This document shows positions 18,654 to 27,424 of a stretch of 41,029 nt of DNA, in pieces. The notes below the pieces were generated by a model. The model had not been told where the DNA came from. It did not search any database and saw only the letters and a list, made by a program, of their open reading frames with translations. This DNA is from an uncultured Myxococcales bacterium (GTDB lineage: Bacteria; Myxococcota_A; Polyangia; Polyangiales; Houyiibacteriaceae): positions 1 through 41,029 of the forward strand of contig CBESWY010000001.1 of NCBI GenBank assembly GCA_965533395.1. Direction: 5' to 3'. Made by a program: the position numbers and the translations under genes. Position 1 is the stretch's first letter; each line of letters starts with the position of its first letter.

Positions 18654-19691
18654 ATGGAGGCAGGCAGCGTCGCTCAGGAGCTCGGGGTCACCGAGGAAGC
18701 CGTCGAGCTCTTTCGCAGCTCGGACGCGATCGACCTGCACGTCGAGTCCTTCGTGTGGCGCCGGATCTTCGGCTACGACCTGAACCGCGTCCATCGGGGC
18801 GGACTCCTCGGGCGGTACTTTTTCGGCCACGCGGACTTCCCGACGGCGCGGCAGATCGGCCTCGCCGGCGCGACCTGGGTGATCTCCACCAATCCGGCCC
18901 GGTCCGCGCGCGGCCGCCGACTTGCGTTCGAGAAGAACCTCGGCGCCCTGCAAACGCTTCTCCAAGACGCGGCCGGGGTGAGACACGTTCGGAACGCCGC
19001 GGAGTTCTGCGCAGCACGAGCGGCCGGCGACCATGCGGCCTTCATCGGCATCCAAGGCGGAAACGCTCTCGACGATGGCATCGACGCGCTCGACGTGCTT
19101 GCCGACCATTCGGTCCTGCGAGTGACTTTGCTTCATCTGACCTCCTCGCGTCTCGGTGCCACGAGCGCCCCGGGTGGGAGGCGAAGCGCGGGACTGACGA
19201 ACTTCGGCAGAGCCTACGTCGAGCGCTTGAATGAGCTTCGCGTCGGCGTCGATCTCGCCCACATCAGTCGCCCCGGCTTTTTCGATGCCGTCGAAGTCCA
19301 CGACAAGACCTTGCCTTTGTTCGTGACCCACACAGGACTGGCTGGGGTCTATGAGCATTGGCGCAACATCACCGACGAGCAGCTCGTCTTGGTGGCCGAT
19401 AGCGGAGGCACCGTCGGGGTGATGATGCACACCGCATTTCTCGGCCGACGCGGGGTCACCGTCGCCACCGTGGTCGACCACCTCCAACATGTCGTAGACA
19501 CAGTCGGCGAGGACCATGCCTCGATCGGCACCGACTACGACGGATTGATCATTCCACCCAAGGACATGCCCGGGATTTGGGCATTCCCGCGTTTGGTTCA
19601 AGAAATGCTCAATCGAGGCTGGTCCGAGCCGCGGATTCGGAAAATCCTCGGCGGGAATGCGCTGCGCACCATCGAGGCGTTGCGCGGCTAA
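18654..19691 (+). CDS. membrane-dipeptidase (peptidase M19/renal dipeptidase) family protein, atypical metal-site residues
   Basis: 345 aa with the M19 block order: IDLHVES, FIGIQGGNAL, LRVTLLHLTSS, VDLAHIS, FVTHTG. See findings for the substituted ligands. Confidence 0.8.
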   Translation: MEAGSVAQELGVTEEAVELFRSSDAIDLHVESFVWRRIFGYDLNRVHRGGLLGRYFFGHADFPTARQIGLAGATWVISTNPARSARGRRLAFEKNLGALQTLLQDAAGVRHVRNAAEFCAARAAGDHAAFIGIQGGNALDDGIDALDVLADHSVLRVTLLHLTSSRLGATSAPGGRRSAGLTNFGRAYVERLNELRVGVDLAHISRPGFFDAVEVHDKTLPLFVTHTGLAGVYEHWRNITDEQLVLVADSGGTVGVMMHTAFLGRRGVTVATVVDHLQHVVDTVGEDHASIGTDYDGLIIPPKDMPGIWAFPRLVQEMLNRGWSEPRIRKILGGNALRTIEALRG

Positions 19692-19714
19692 CCGTGCGCG
19701 CCCAGGCTTTGGTC

Positions 19715-20134
19715 ATGTCACTCCTGGAACAGATCAATGCGGACCTCAAAAAGGCCATGCTCGCGCGCGACGAAGTGACCCGCGACACGCTTCGCATGGT
19801 CAAGTCCGAGCTGCTGACCCTCGACAAGCCCGACGACCTTGCGGTGCTTTCCCGAGCCGTGAAGTCACGGCGCGACAGCATCAAGAGCTATGTCGAAGGC
19901 GGTAGGCAGGACCTCGCCGACAAGGAGCAAGCCGAGATCGAGGTGATCGAGCGCTACCTCCCAAAGCAGCTCGGCGAAGACGAGGCCCGCAAGGCGATCG
20001 CTTCAATCGTCGGAGAGCTCGGTGTGTCGAGTAAGAAGGAGCTCGGTCGGGTCATGAAAGAGATCAAGGCTCGCTATCCTGGCCAGGTCGACGGAAGACT
20101 GGCTTCGTCGATCGCGGGGGAGCTGCTCGATTGA
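19715..20134 (+). CDS. yqeY: GatB/YqeY domain-containing protein
   Basis: 139 aa from MSLLEQINADLKKAMLARDEVTRDTLRMVKSEL, the characteristic YqeY N-terminus, to KEIKARYPGQVDGRLASSIAGELL. The track ORF has a spurious 46-codon 5' extension overlapping the previous gene. Confidence 0.9.
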   Translation: MSLLEQINADLKKAMLARDEVTRDTLRMVKSELLTLDKPDDLAVLSRAVKSRRDSIKSYVEGGRQDLADKEQAEIEVIERYLPKQLGEDEARKAIASIVGELGVSSKKELGRVMKEIKARYPGQVDGRLASSIAGELLD

Positions 20135-20137
20135 GTC

Positions 20138-21334
20138 TCAGGTGCGCGGCTCGTTCTGAGTCGACCACCATAGCCGATATCGCTCTTGGATCGCTCGTCG
20201 TTCGTCGCTCGTCATGTTGACGCGGTAGCCGAAATCCTGAGCCGATTCGCGCGCGAGGTCGCGGCTTGCGATGGCACGAATCTCGGGTTCATCGTGATCG
20301 AGGCTGTCGATGAGCCACTCGACCCGCGGCCGATCGCGATTCCCTGTATACCAGGCGCTCCAATCGGCTTCTGCCGCTGCAAAGTCCTGCGCGGTCAGCA
20401 TGCGTAGCACTCGCCATGCTGCTTCGCCCAACACGCTGTGTGCCGAAAGAATCGGAATGAGCACGTCGACACAGCCTTCATCGCGGAGAACGGCGAGCGC
20501 GCGCATCGCCAGCAGGCGCGAGCGTTGGTCGGAATCCGAGGCGACCGCAAGCGCGCGAAGCGATTCCTTGAGCCCTTCCACCCCTTCCTGCTCGTGGAAG
20601 ACCTCTAGGGCGTAGAGCGCGCTCCGAGAGACACCTTGATCGTCATCGAACAAGGCAGCGGCCAGCGGCTCGATCACCAGCGGATGGGGCAGCTCGGCGG
20701 CGACCAGCGTCGCGTAGTACCGGATTTCGGGCTCGTCGGACTTCAGGAGCTCGGCGACGTAAGGCGCCGCCGCATCGCCAAACGCCACGAACGTTCTGCA
20801 CAGAGCCGATACGCTTCGGCCACGCGGCGGCTGCACGTGCGGCTCCCAGCGATTGAACCACAGCCGACCGGGGAAAACGTCGGTCAAGATTGGCAGGACG
20901 TCCGCGCCCATCCCGATTAGGGCAGCGTGCTCGGGCGCATCTTCGTTTGGGCCATACGTCCCGAGCCGGGTGATCGTGGCATGGGCTCGCGCGGTGAAAT
21001 CTGGCGGCTCCGGAGGCAAGAGGCTTCGCGGAGCGGACCCGATCGCGCTGAGCGCGCCTACGTTCAGGTGCTCGACCAGGAACTTCATGGTGCTGGCTTT
21101 GGCGGCATCGCCTCGCGCCGGGGGGATTCCCGTCCAACGGCGAAAGGCCCTGCCGAGCTCGCGGTCGGGCCACCATTTTGCCTCGAGGCTGTCACCCGGA
21201 GGCGGGCTCGACGTTCGCCAACGTCCGTCGGGTGGAGTGGACTCGGGCGCGTCGCTGGGATTTGCCGCCTCGACGCGGTCCGATGGCGCGTTCTTGATCA
21301 GATACGTCGAGTCCGATTTGTTCCCTGACCCCAT
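20138..21334 (-). CDS. HEAT-repeat protein (PBS-lyase/HEAT-like repeats) with Pro-rich N-terminal region
   Basis: Repeating helical units with the DEPEIR signature twice (LLKSDEPEIRYYA, LDHDEPEIRAIA) and a LRDEGCVDVLIPIL-type unit. Sits 26 nt downstream of the Rieske gene on the same strand. Start uncertain: no clear SD, and MKFLVEHL at codon 83 is an alternative. Confidence 0.65.
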   Translation of the reverse strand: MGSGNKSDSTYLIKNAPSDRVEAANPSDAPESTPPDGRWRTSSPPPGDSLEAKWWPDRELGRAFRRWTGIPPARGDAAKASTMKFLVEHLNVGALSAIGSAPRSLLPPEPPDFTARAHATITRLGTYGPNEDAPEHAALIGMGADVLPILTDVFPGRLWFNRWEPHVQPPRGRSVSALCRTFVAFGDAAAPYVAELLKSDEPEIRYYATLVAAELPHPLVIEPLAAALFDDDQGVSRSALYALEVFHEQEGVEGLKESLRALAVASDSDQRSRLLAMRALAVLRDEGCVDVLIPILSAHSVLGEAAWRVLRMLTAQDFAAAEADWSAWYTGNRDRPRVEWLIDSLDHDEPEIRAIASRDLARESAQDFGYRVNMTSDERRAIQERYRLWWSTQNEPRT

Positions 21335-21360
21335 CGATCAAGAGGGTACACCAATCGGCC

Positions 21361-22419
21361 TCAAACGAGCATTTTGATCTGCCGCTCGTCCTGCGGGCGG
21401 CTGGCTTTGCCGCTTGCAGCTTCCCGAAGAAGCTTCTTGATGCGAAGCCCGAGGACGTCAATCTCGGTCGATGCGAAGTGCTCCGCTCCGAAGTGCGCGA
21501 CCTGCTCGGTCTGGCGTCTGAGGATTTCCATATCCTGCCGAAGGATGCGCATCGCCACCGGCCTGAAGACCGTCCGCAAGATCGCGTTCGGGATGGGAGC
21601 CTTCACCGCAACTGTGGCAAACATGTCCGTGACGGTCGGCGTTCGCGGCGTCAGGGCTGTGGTGGCGACGATGTGACTGCGGTCGCTCAGTCGGTACTCG
21701 ACCTGCGCGATGCAAGGGAGAATGAATCGGTCCCAATGAAACACCTCGCCCCCTTGCGGAGCGAGAATGCGGCCGGCCACCCCCTCTGGGCGTTCCTCAC
21801 CGATGAACTGAGCCTCCACCCCGTCGTCCACCGACCTGATGACGACATCGATCGGCTTGCGATCCTTGTTCTTGCGGAAGAGCCCCGCGTGCACGAACGC
21901 CGTGTGCGGAACGTCCAAGGCGTTTTCCGCCACAGCATCGAGTGGCCCTGGCATTTCGAGCCGCTCTCGAATGGTGAGGTAATCAGACTGATCCGCACAG
22001 GGGATTACGTACGGCTCACGACCGGGCGTTACGTTGGCTTCCGAGTAAACCCACAGCCAGCCTTGTGAGTCGCGGCACGCGAAAGAAGGAACGCGCCGAC
22101 CTGGATGATCCGGCTCACCACAGAGCCCGGGCACCGCCTTGCAAGTCCCGGAGCCGTCGAATTCCCAGCCGTGGTACTGACACCGGATGTTCCCATCGAT
22201 CACACGGCCTGCGGACAGTGGTGCGTTGCGATGCGCGCAGCGATCCAAGAGCGCGACACTTTGTCCGGACGAGTCACGAAATGTAACGAGTGGTAAGCCA
22301 TTCAACAAAAAGGGTTTGGGTTTCGATTCCACGTCCCTGCTTGCCGCGACGACGTACCAACCCGGCGCAAAGCACCCAATTTGCTCTGTGTTCGACAGCG
22401 GTTGTGATTCTTCGCTCAT
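21361..22419 (-). CDS. Rieske [2Fe-2S] non-heme-iron oxygenase, PaO/Tic55-like family
   Basis: Rieske motif CAHRNAPLS...CQYHGWEF (CxH-x17-CxxH). Mononuclear iron motif ENALDVPHTAFVH (E-x3-D-x2-H-x4-H), typical of the pheophorbide-a-oxygenase-type subgroup. 352 aa. Confidence 0.85.
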   Translation of the reverse strand: MSEESQPLSNTEQIGCFAPGWYVVAASRDVESKPKPFLLNGLPLVTFRDSSGQSVALLDRCAHRNAPLSAGRVIDGNIRCQYHGWEFDGSGTCKAVPGLCGEPDHPGRRVPSFACRDSQGWLWVYSEANVTPGREPYVIPCADQSDYLTIRERLEMPGPLDAVAENALDVPHTAFVHAGLFRKNKDRKPIDVVIRSVDDGVEAQFIGEERPEGVAGRILAPQGGEVFHWDRFILPCIAQVEYRLSDRSHIVATTALTPRTPTVTDMFATVAVKAPIPNAILRTVFRPVAMRILRQDMEILRRQTEQVAHFGAEHFASTEIDVLGLRIKKLLREAASGKASRPQDERQIKMLV

Positions 22420-22449
22420 GCTGTTCTGCGCAATTTCTGCGTCTCACGG

Positions 22450-22460
22450 AAACCAGGTTT
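22450..22460. promoter_or_regulatory. perfect 11-bp palindrome AAACC-A-GGTTT (candidate TetR operator)
   Basis: Context is gGAAACCAGGTTTGtttc. Lies 31 nt upstream of the Rieske ATG and 78 nt upstream of the divergent TetR ATG. Flanked by an 11-bp-phased direct repeat TTCTGCG (22424-22430 and 22435-22441). Confidence 0.4.
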
Positions 22461-22537
22461 GTTTCATTTGCGTAATTAGCACGAACGCGGCCCAAGTTTC
22501 GATGGAACCAGGTGGGTTCCGCTGCTACACGCATGCC

Positions 22538-23143
22538 ATGTCACGCCAAATCAACAAGGAACGTACTCGGCGTCGCCTGCTTCAGGCGATTCTAAAAACG
22601 ATCCAGCGGTACGGACGCGGGACTCTGACTACGGGCCGAGTCGCTCAACTCGCCGGAGTCGCGCAGCCGACTTTCTATGTTCACTTCCGCAGTATGGATC
22701 AGGCGCTCGAGCAGGTGGCCGAGTGGGTTGCCCTGGAGCTTAGCCCCGGCCTCAACCCGGAGGCATCGGCCGAGCTCGATCGCGCCGCTGAAGTGCTCGA
22801 AGAAGCCGTGCGCAAATGCACGCGCTCCTTGGTTCACGACCCCAAAATGGCCGAGGTCTTCCTCAACAACCGGCGTGATCAAACCTCCGCGCTCGGTAGG
22901 CGCTGGAGCGTCCTGACCGGGAATCTCCGCGAGCGAATGAGGCAGATCGTAGCTCAGGTCCGCCCGAACGCGCCGCCAGCCGACGCGGAGCTCCACGCAG
23001 AGCTGCTGGTCAGCATCATCTTTGGCCTGGCCGAAGCCCACCTCGACGGCCGCATCGATAATCTCGACCGCGCGACAGCGACGGCTTCGCGTGCGATTGT
23101 CACCAGCATATTGACGAGCTCCTCGGTCGCTGACGCTGCCTGA
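22538..23143 (+). CDS. TetR/AcrR-family transcriptional regulator
   Basis: N-terminal HTH RRRLLQAILKTIQRYGRGTLTTGRVAQLAGVAQPTFYVHFRS, about 201 aa. The track ORF (from 22187) is an off-target 5' extension across the divergent promoter region. An alternative ATG is at 22502. Confidence 0.88.
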   Translation: MSRQINKERTRRRLLQAILKTIQRYGRGTLTTGRVAQLAGVAQPTFYVHFRSMDQALEQVAEWVALELSPGLNPEASAELDRAAEVLEEAVRKCTRSLVHDPKMAEVFLNNRRDQTSALGRRWSVLTGNLRERMRQIVAQVRPNAPPADAELHAELLVSIIFGLAEAHLDGRIDNLDRATATASRAIVTSILTSSSVADAA

Positions 23144-23234
23144 GGCCCCGGCCTTCGCAGCCCCACGTTCGGATCACCGGTGGGCCCGCTCCGGTCACCT
23201 TTCGATGGGGTCGCTTGCATGTTAGGCCCCAGCT

Positions 23235-24413
23235 GTGACTGACCTCTTCAATCCGTCCGCCGAGCATCGCGCGCTTCGCGAGCTCGTTCGTTCATTTGCC
23301 GAAAGAGAAGTCGACCCGCAGGCCGAGGCGTCGGATCACGAGGAGCGGTTCAACATCGAGCTTTTCCGCAAGCTCGGCGAGCTCGGCCTTCTCGGAATCA
23401 CCGTGGACGAGCGTTTTGGTGGTGCCGGCTTGGACCCCGTCGCGGCCGTGGTTGCGCACGAGGAGCTTTCGGCGGCCGACCCCGGTTTTGCGCTCGCCTA
23501 TCTCGCGCACTCGATGCTCTTTGCAAACAACCTGCAGATCAACGGAAGCGACGCACAACGCAGCAAGTACCTGCCCGATGCGTGCAGCGGCAAAAAGGTC
23601 TGTGGCATGTGCATGAGCGAGCCCGGCGCCGGCACCGACGTCCTCGGTATGCAGACTACCGCGGTCCGAAAGGGCGACACCTACGTGCTCAATGGCGCCA
23701 AGATGTGGATCACCAACGGGGCGATCAACGACACCGACCTTGGCGACACTTACCTCGTCTATGCACGCATGGAAGGCAGCGCGCGCAACCAACTCTCGAT
23801 GTTCATCGTCGAAAAGGGATTCGCAGGGTTTAGCCTCGGCCAAAAGATCAAGGGCAAGCTCGGAATGCGCGCTTCGACCACGGCCGAGCTCGTTTTCGAA
23901 GATTGCCGCGTGCCGGCGGAGAACCTGGTTGGCAGTGAAGGCGCGGCGACGCTCCACATGATGCGGAACTTGGAGGTCGAGCGTGTCGCGCTCGCTGCGA
24001 TGAGCCTGGGCATCGCCCGCCGATCAATCGAGGTCATGAACCGGTATGCCGGTGAGCGGACCTCCTTTGGCAAACCGCTGCGCGATTTCGGCCAAATCCA
24101 GCGTTACATCTCGCAGTCCTACGCGGAGTACATGGCCGGGCGCGCCTACACATATCTAACGGCTTCGACAATGAGCTTGGAGACCCCTGGGCAGCGTCTC
24201 GACTCGGACGGCGTGAAGCTCTTCACTTCGACGATGGCAAAGGAAGTGGCCGACCGCGCGATCCAGGTGCTCGGTGGATATGGCTACGTTTCGGAGTACG
24301 GCGTCGAGCGGCTCTGGCGTGATGCCAAGCTCCTCGAAATCGGCGGCGGCACGCTCGAAGCGCACCAAAAAAACATGTGCCGGGAGCTGGGTCGCACCGA
24401 CCGCATTTTGTGA
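23235..24413 (+). CDS. ivd: isovaleryl-CoA dehydrogenase-type acyl-CoA dehydrogenase
   Basis: 392 aa ACAD. The catalytic Glu is in the IVD position (TTAELVFEDCRVP). The usual C-terminal YEG Glu is replaced (LLEIGGGTLEA, compare IVD EIGAGT). GTG start. Confidence 0.85.
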   Translation: MTDLFNPSAEHRALRELVRSFAEREVDPQAEASDHEERFNIELFRKLGELGLLGITVDERFGGAGLDPVAAVVAHEELSAADPGFALAYLAHSMLFANNLQINGSDAQRSKYLPDACSGKKVCGMCMSEPGAGTDVLGMQTTAVRKGDTYVLNGAKMWITNGAINDTDLGDTYLVYARMEGSARNQLSMFIVEKGFAGFSLGQKIKGKLGMRASTTAELVFEDCRVPAENLVGSEGAATLHMMRNLEVERVALAAMSLGIARRSIEVMNRYAGERTSFGKPLRDFGQIQRYISQSYAEYMAGRAYTYLTASTMSLETPGQRLDSDGVKLFTSTMAKEVADRAIQVLGGYGYVSEYGVERLWRDAKLLEIGGGTLEAHQKNMCRELGRTDRIL

Positions 24414-24585
24414 TTAACCCCACACCATCGGAACTTCCTCGGTATTTTCGCCTCGCTAAGTAGCGAACGGATGTTTCGAGCGGCTATGCTGTGCGATGTG
24501 ACACTTTTCGCCGGGGGGACAGCCGGCTATCGGGTCGCTCACGCGGTCGTATTGGCCTCGCTAGAAGGTTCTCAGGGGAGCGTGT

Positions 24586-26517
24586 TTGGGGGAAGCATTG
24601 ACGCAACAATCCGCAGCTAGCCAATTGCCTAAGCCACCGGTCGACCTCCCCGTTCTCGGGAAGTTTGCCGGCTACGACATCTTGGGGCGGCTGGCGCTCG
24701 GCGGAATGGCGGAAATTCTTCTCGCCCGTCATGCAGACACGGACGGCGACCATCGATTCTTGGTGGTCAAGCGAATCCTTCCGCACTTCGAGGCGGACAG
24801 TGACTTCGTGCAGATGTTCCTCGACGAGGCGCGGATCGGCATGCAGCTCAAGCATCCGAACATCTGCCAGTTCCATCAGTTCGGCGCGGACGCAGGGTCG
24901 CACTTCATCGTGATGGAATGGGTCAACGGCGTGCCTCTCGGGCGATTGATTCGCAAGGCTCGCAACTCCGGGGGAGTTGGGCTTCCCATTGCAATACGCA
25001 TTGCGGTAGAGGTTGCAAAGGCGCTGCACTACGCCCACATCGCGAACGATGAGCACGGCGAGCCGTTCAACATCGTTCACCGCGACGTCTCGCCGCACAA
25101 CATCATGATTGGCTACAACGGAACCGCGAAGCTGCTCGACTTCGGCATCGCAAAGGCCGACCATCGTGCGCACAAGACTCAAGCCGGCGTGGTCAAGGGC
25201 AAGTTCGCTTACATGGCGCCCGAGCAGTGCACGGCGGCGCCATCGGATCATCGACTCGACGTCTTTGCGCTCGGAGTTTGCGTTTTCGAGTCCATGACCG
25301 GTCGGTCGCTCTACCGGCGGAAGACCGAGGCCGCCACCATGCGCGCAGTCATCATGGACCCCGTTCCTTCTCTCAAAGAGCGCCTTCCAGACGCTCCGGA
25401 CGAGCTAGAGCGAATCTTGCAGAAGGCGCTCGCCAAAGAAGCCAACGATCGCTTCGCGACTGCCGAGGAGTTTGCGGGCGAGCTCGAGGCGTTCGGCAAG
25501 TCGACCAACCAGCTTGCCACGCAGCGCGAAGTCGCCGACTTCATCAAAAAGGTCTTCCCAGAGGAATTCAATCGCGGACCGCGCGTCGACACGGTCCCCT
25601 TTGGCGCTTCGATCGCGGTCAACATACTCAATGCGGACGGTCTGGACTCGCAGAAGTCCTACGTGTCGCAGTTGCCTGGCGCGATTCGGGACCTCGAGAT
25701 CGACGGGGATGCCGGAGGAGTCGACCTGGGACACCTGATCGATGCACCGGTCGTATTGCCGCATGTCGAGCCCGCGAACAAAGACGCCTCGCCGACACCG
25801 GAGCTCAGCCAGCGCCCGACCGAGCCTGCGGAGGTCAAGCTCCCGAAGAAGGCTGCATCGCCGAAGCCAAAGCCTTCCCCGAAGAAGCCCTCTCGATTCG
25901 GTTGGAAGCAGTCTGCGGCTCTTCTATTGATACTGGCCGGCGGCGCCGCCGCTGCCTACCATCAGAATGATGCGGTCAAAGAGGCCGTCGACGGCTTCGC
26001 GGTCGTGTTCGAGGAAAAGGGGCCGCCCGAGGTCGCGATCGACGAGAATCCGCTCCTGCGGGAACACGGAGCACGCATCTTGCTCGCGTCTTCGCCGCCG
26101 GGGGCAAAAGTGTTTCTCGATGGGATCGAACAAGGAGTTGCGCCGGTCGCATTGACCGGTTTGATGGAGGGCGACTACCGGGTTCGCGTCGAAGCCCCAG
26201 GATTCGCCTCCTGGTCGACGAAGGTCCAGGTTGCTCACGGTGAGACGGCAGGGGTGACGGCGAAGCTTCTCGGCAAGCAGGGGGGTGCAAAGCCCGGGGC
26301 CTTTGGCCGCGTAAATGTCGAAACGACGCCGCCTGCGGATGTCTACATCGCCGGTGATCTGCTTGGGCGGACACCCATTCAGACGGTCTATGCGCCGCTC
26401 GGGCTCGTGACCTTCGATTTCAAGCTTCCCGATGGCCGCAACATCAGCCGCGACGTCAAGGTCGAATCGGACAACGTCGCCCGTGCGCGCTTCGATCTCA
26501 CCCAAGCCAAGCGCTAG
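24586..26517 (+). CDS. Ser/Thr protein kinase with TM helix and two C-terminal PEGA domains
   Basis: Hanks motifs: VVKRIL (Lys), HRDVSPHNIM, DFGIAK, YMAPEQ. Pro/Lys-rich linker, TM helix ALLLILAGGAAAAY, and PEGA-like repeats SSPPGAKVFLDG and TTPPADVYIAGD. TTG start at 24586; start uncertain. Confidence 0.9.
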   Translation: MGEALTQQSAASQLPKPPVDLPVLGKFAGYDILGRLALGGMAEILLARHADTDGDHRFLVVKRILPHFEADSDFVQMFLDEARIGMQLKHPNICQFHQFGADAGSHFIVMEWVNGVPLGRLIRKARNSGGVGLPIAIRIAVEVAKALHYAHIANDEHGEPFNIVHRDVSPHNIMIGYNGTAKLLDFGIAKADHRAHKTQAGVVKGKFAYMAPEQCTAAPSDHRLDVFALGVCVFESMTGRSLYRRKTEAATMRAVIMDPVPSLKERLPDAPDELERILQKALAKEANDRFATAEEFAGELEAFGKSTNQLATQREVADFIKKVFPEEFNRGPRVDTVPFGASIAVNILNADGLDSQKSYVSQLPGAIRDLEIDGDAGGVDLGHLIDAPVVLPHVEPANKDASPTPELSQRPTEPAEVKLPKKAASPKPKPSPKKPSRFGWKQSAALLLILAGGAAAAYHQNDAVKEAVDGFAVVFEEKGPPEVAIDENPLLREHGARILLASSPPGAKVFLDGIEQGVAPVALTGLMEGDYRVRVEAPGFASWSTKVQVAHGETAGVTAKLLGKQGGAKPGAFGRVNVETTPPADVYIAGDLLGRTPIQTVYAPLGLVTFDFKLPDGRNISRDVKVESDNVARARFDLTQAKR

Positions 26518-27422
26518 CCGTTCGATTCTTCGCGCAGCCGTACATAGCTTTCGTATCGTTCGGGATCGATGGCGCCCTCGTTCATCGCGTCGACGACGGC
26601 GCATCGTGGTTCATGCGTGTGGCTGCAACTGCGAAAGGCGCACTGCTCGCGATACGCGCTGAGCTCGGGAAAGCATCGGTCGAGACGCTCGATCGGCAAT
26701 TCCCAAGTTCCCAGCTCTCGAATCCCGGGCGTGTCTGCCAGAAACCCTCCGCCTGCAAGGGCATGGAGTGAAGCAACCCGTGTCGTGTGGCGCCCTTTGC
26801 CGTGGTGGTCACTGACGCTTGCGATGTTGAGATCGAGCGCTGGAAGTATGCGATTGATCAGGCTGCTCTTCCCGACGCCCGAGGGGCCTACAAACGCAGA
26901 GATCTTGTCGTGCAGCGCGTCGACGAAGGGATCCATACCTTCCCCAGTTCCAGCGCTCACCGTCAAGATGGGGTAGCCGATGGATTCATACGCTCGTTGC
27001 CACGTTGAATCTCCCGGCTCTCGTAGGTCCGCCTTGTTCATGACGATGATCGGCTGGACCTGCTGGTGCTCTGCGATCACGAGAAAGCGATCGAGCAGCC
27101 GCGTCTTGAGCACCGGCCGGCCGTGGCAAAACGTAATCAGCAGCTGATCGAGGTTTGCGACGAGGACGTCCTCTTTGTCTGGCCCTTTGCCAGGTTGGCG
27201 TCTCGAGAAGCGGCTGTGCCTAGGCAAGACTCTATCGACGACGACGCTGTGATCGTCGGGTCGCGACAGAACCACATGGTCGCCAATGACGCAGAGGTCG
27301 GTTGTTCGCGGCCGGTTCTTGAGCCGTCCACGCAAGCGTGCCTGCACGACACCCGCATCGAGGCGGACGTCGACGAAGCCGGCAGTCGAGCGAACCACGA
27401 GACCTTCCATCGTTTCGGCCAT
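26514..27422 (-). CDS. rsgA: ribosome small-subunit-dependent GTPase A
   Basis: 302 aa. OB-fold N-terminus, circularly permuted GTPase motifs (NKADL ... GPSGVGKSSLIN ... DTPG), and a C-terminal zinc motif CAFRSCSHTHEPRCAV. Confidence 0.93.
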   Translation of the reverse strand: MAETMEGLVVRSTAGFVDVRLDAGVVQARLRGRLKNRPRTTDLCVIGDHVVLSRPDDHSVVVDRVLPRHSRFSRRQPGKGPDKEDVLVANLDQLLITFCHGRPVLKTRLLDRFLVIAEHQQVQPIIVMNKADLREPGDSTWQRAYESIGYPILTVSAGTGEGMDPFVDALHDKISAFVGPSGVGKSSLINRILPALDLNIASVSDHHGKGRHTTRVASLHALAGGGFLADTPGIRELGTWELPIERLDRCFPELSAYREQCAFRSCSHTHEPRCAVVDAMNEGAIDPERYESYVRLREESNG

Positions 27423-27424
27423 GA

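Noticed and set aside
18570-19601. 343-aa ORF antisense to the M19-family gene, plus the 82-aa ORF at 18535-18783
   Set aside because: Neither has a family signature or RBS. They overlap a gene with conserved M19 blocks, or the AT-rich promoter region.
24453-24466. Palindrome TCGCTA-AG-TAGCGA after ivd, and a 7-bp inverted repeat AACAACC/GGTTGTT at 2929-2958 in the pntAA/tkt intergenic region
   Set aside because: The arms are short, there is no T-tract, and nothing recurs elsewhere in the window. This is too weak to call a terminator or operator.
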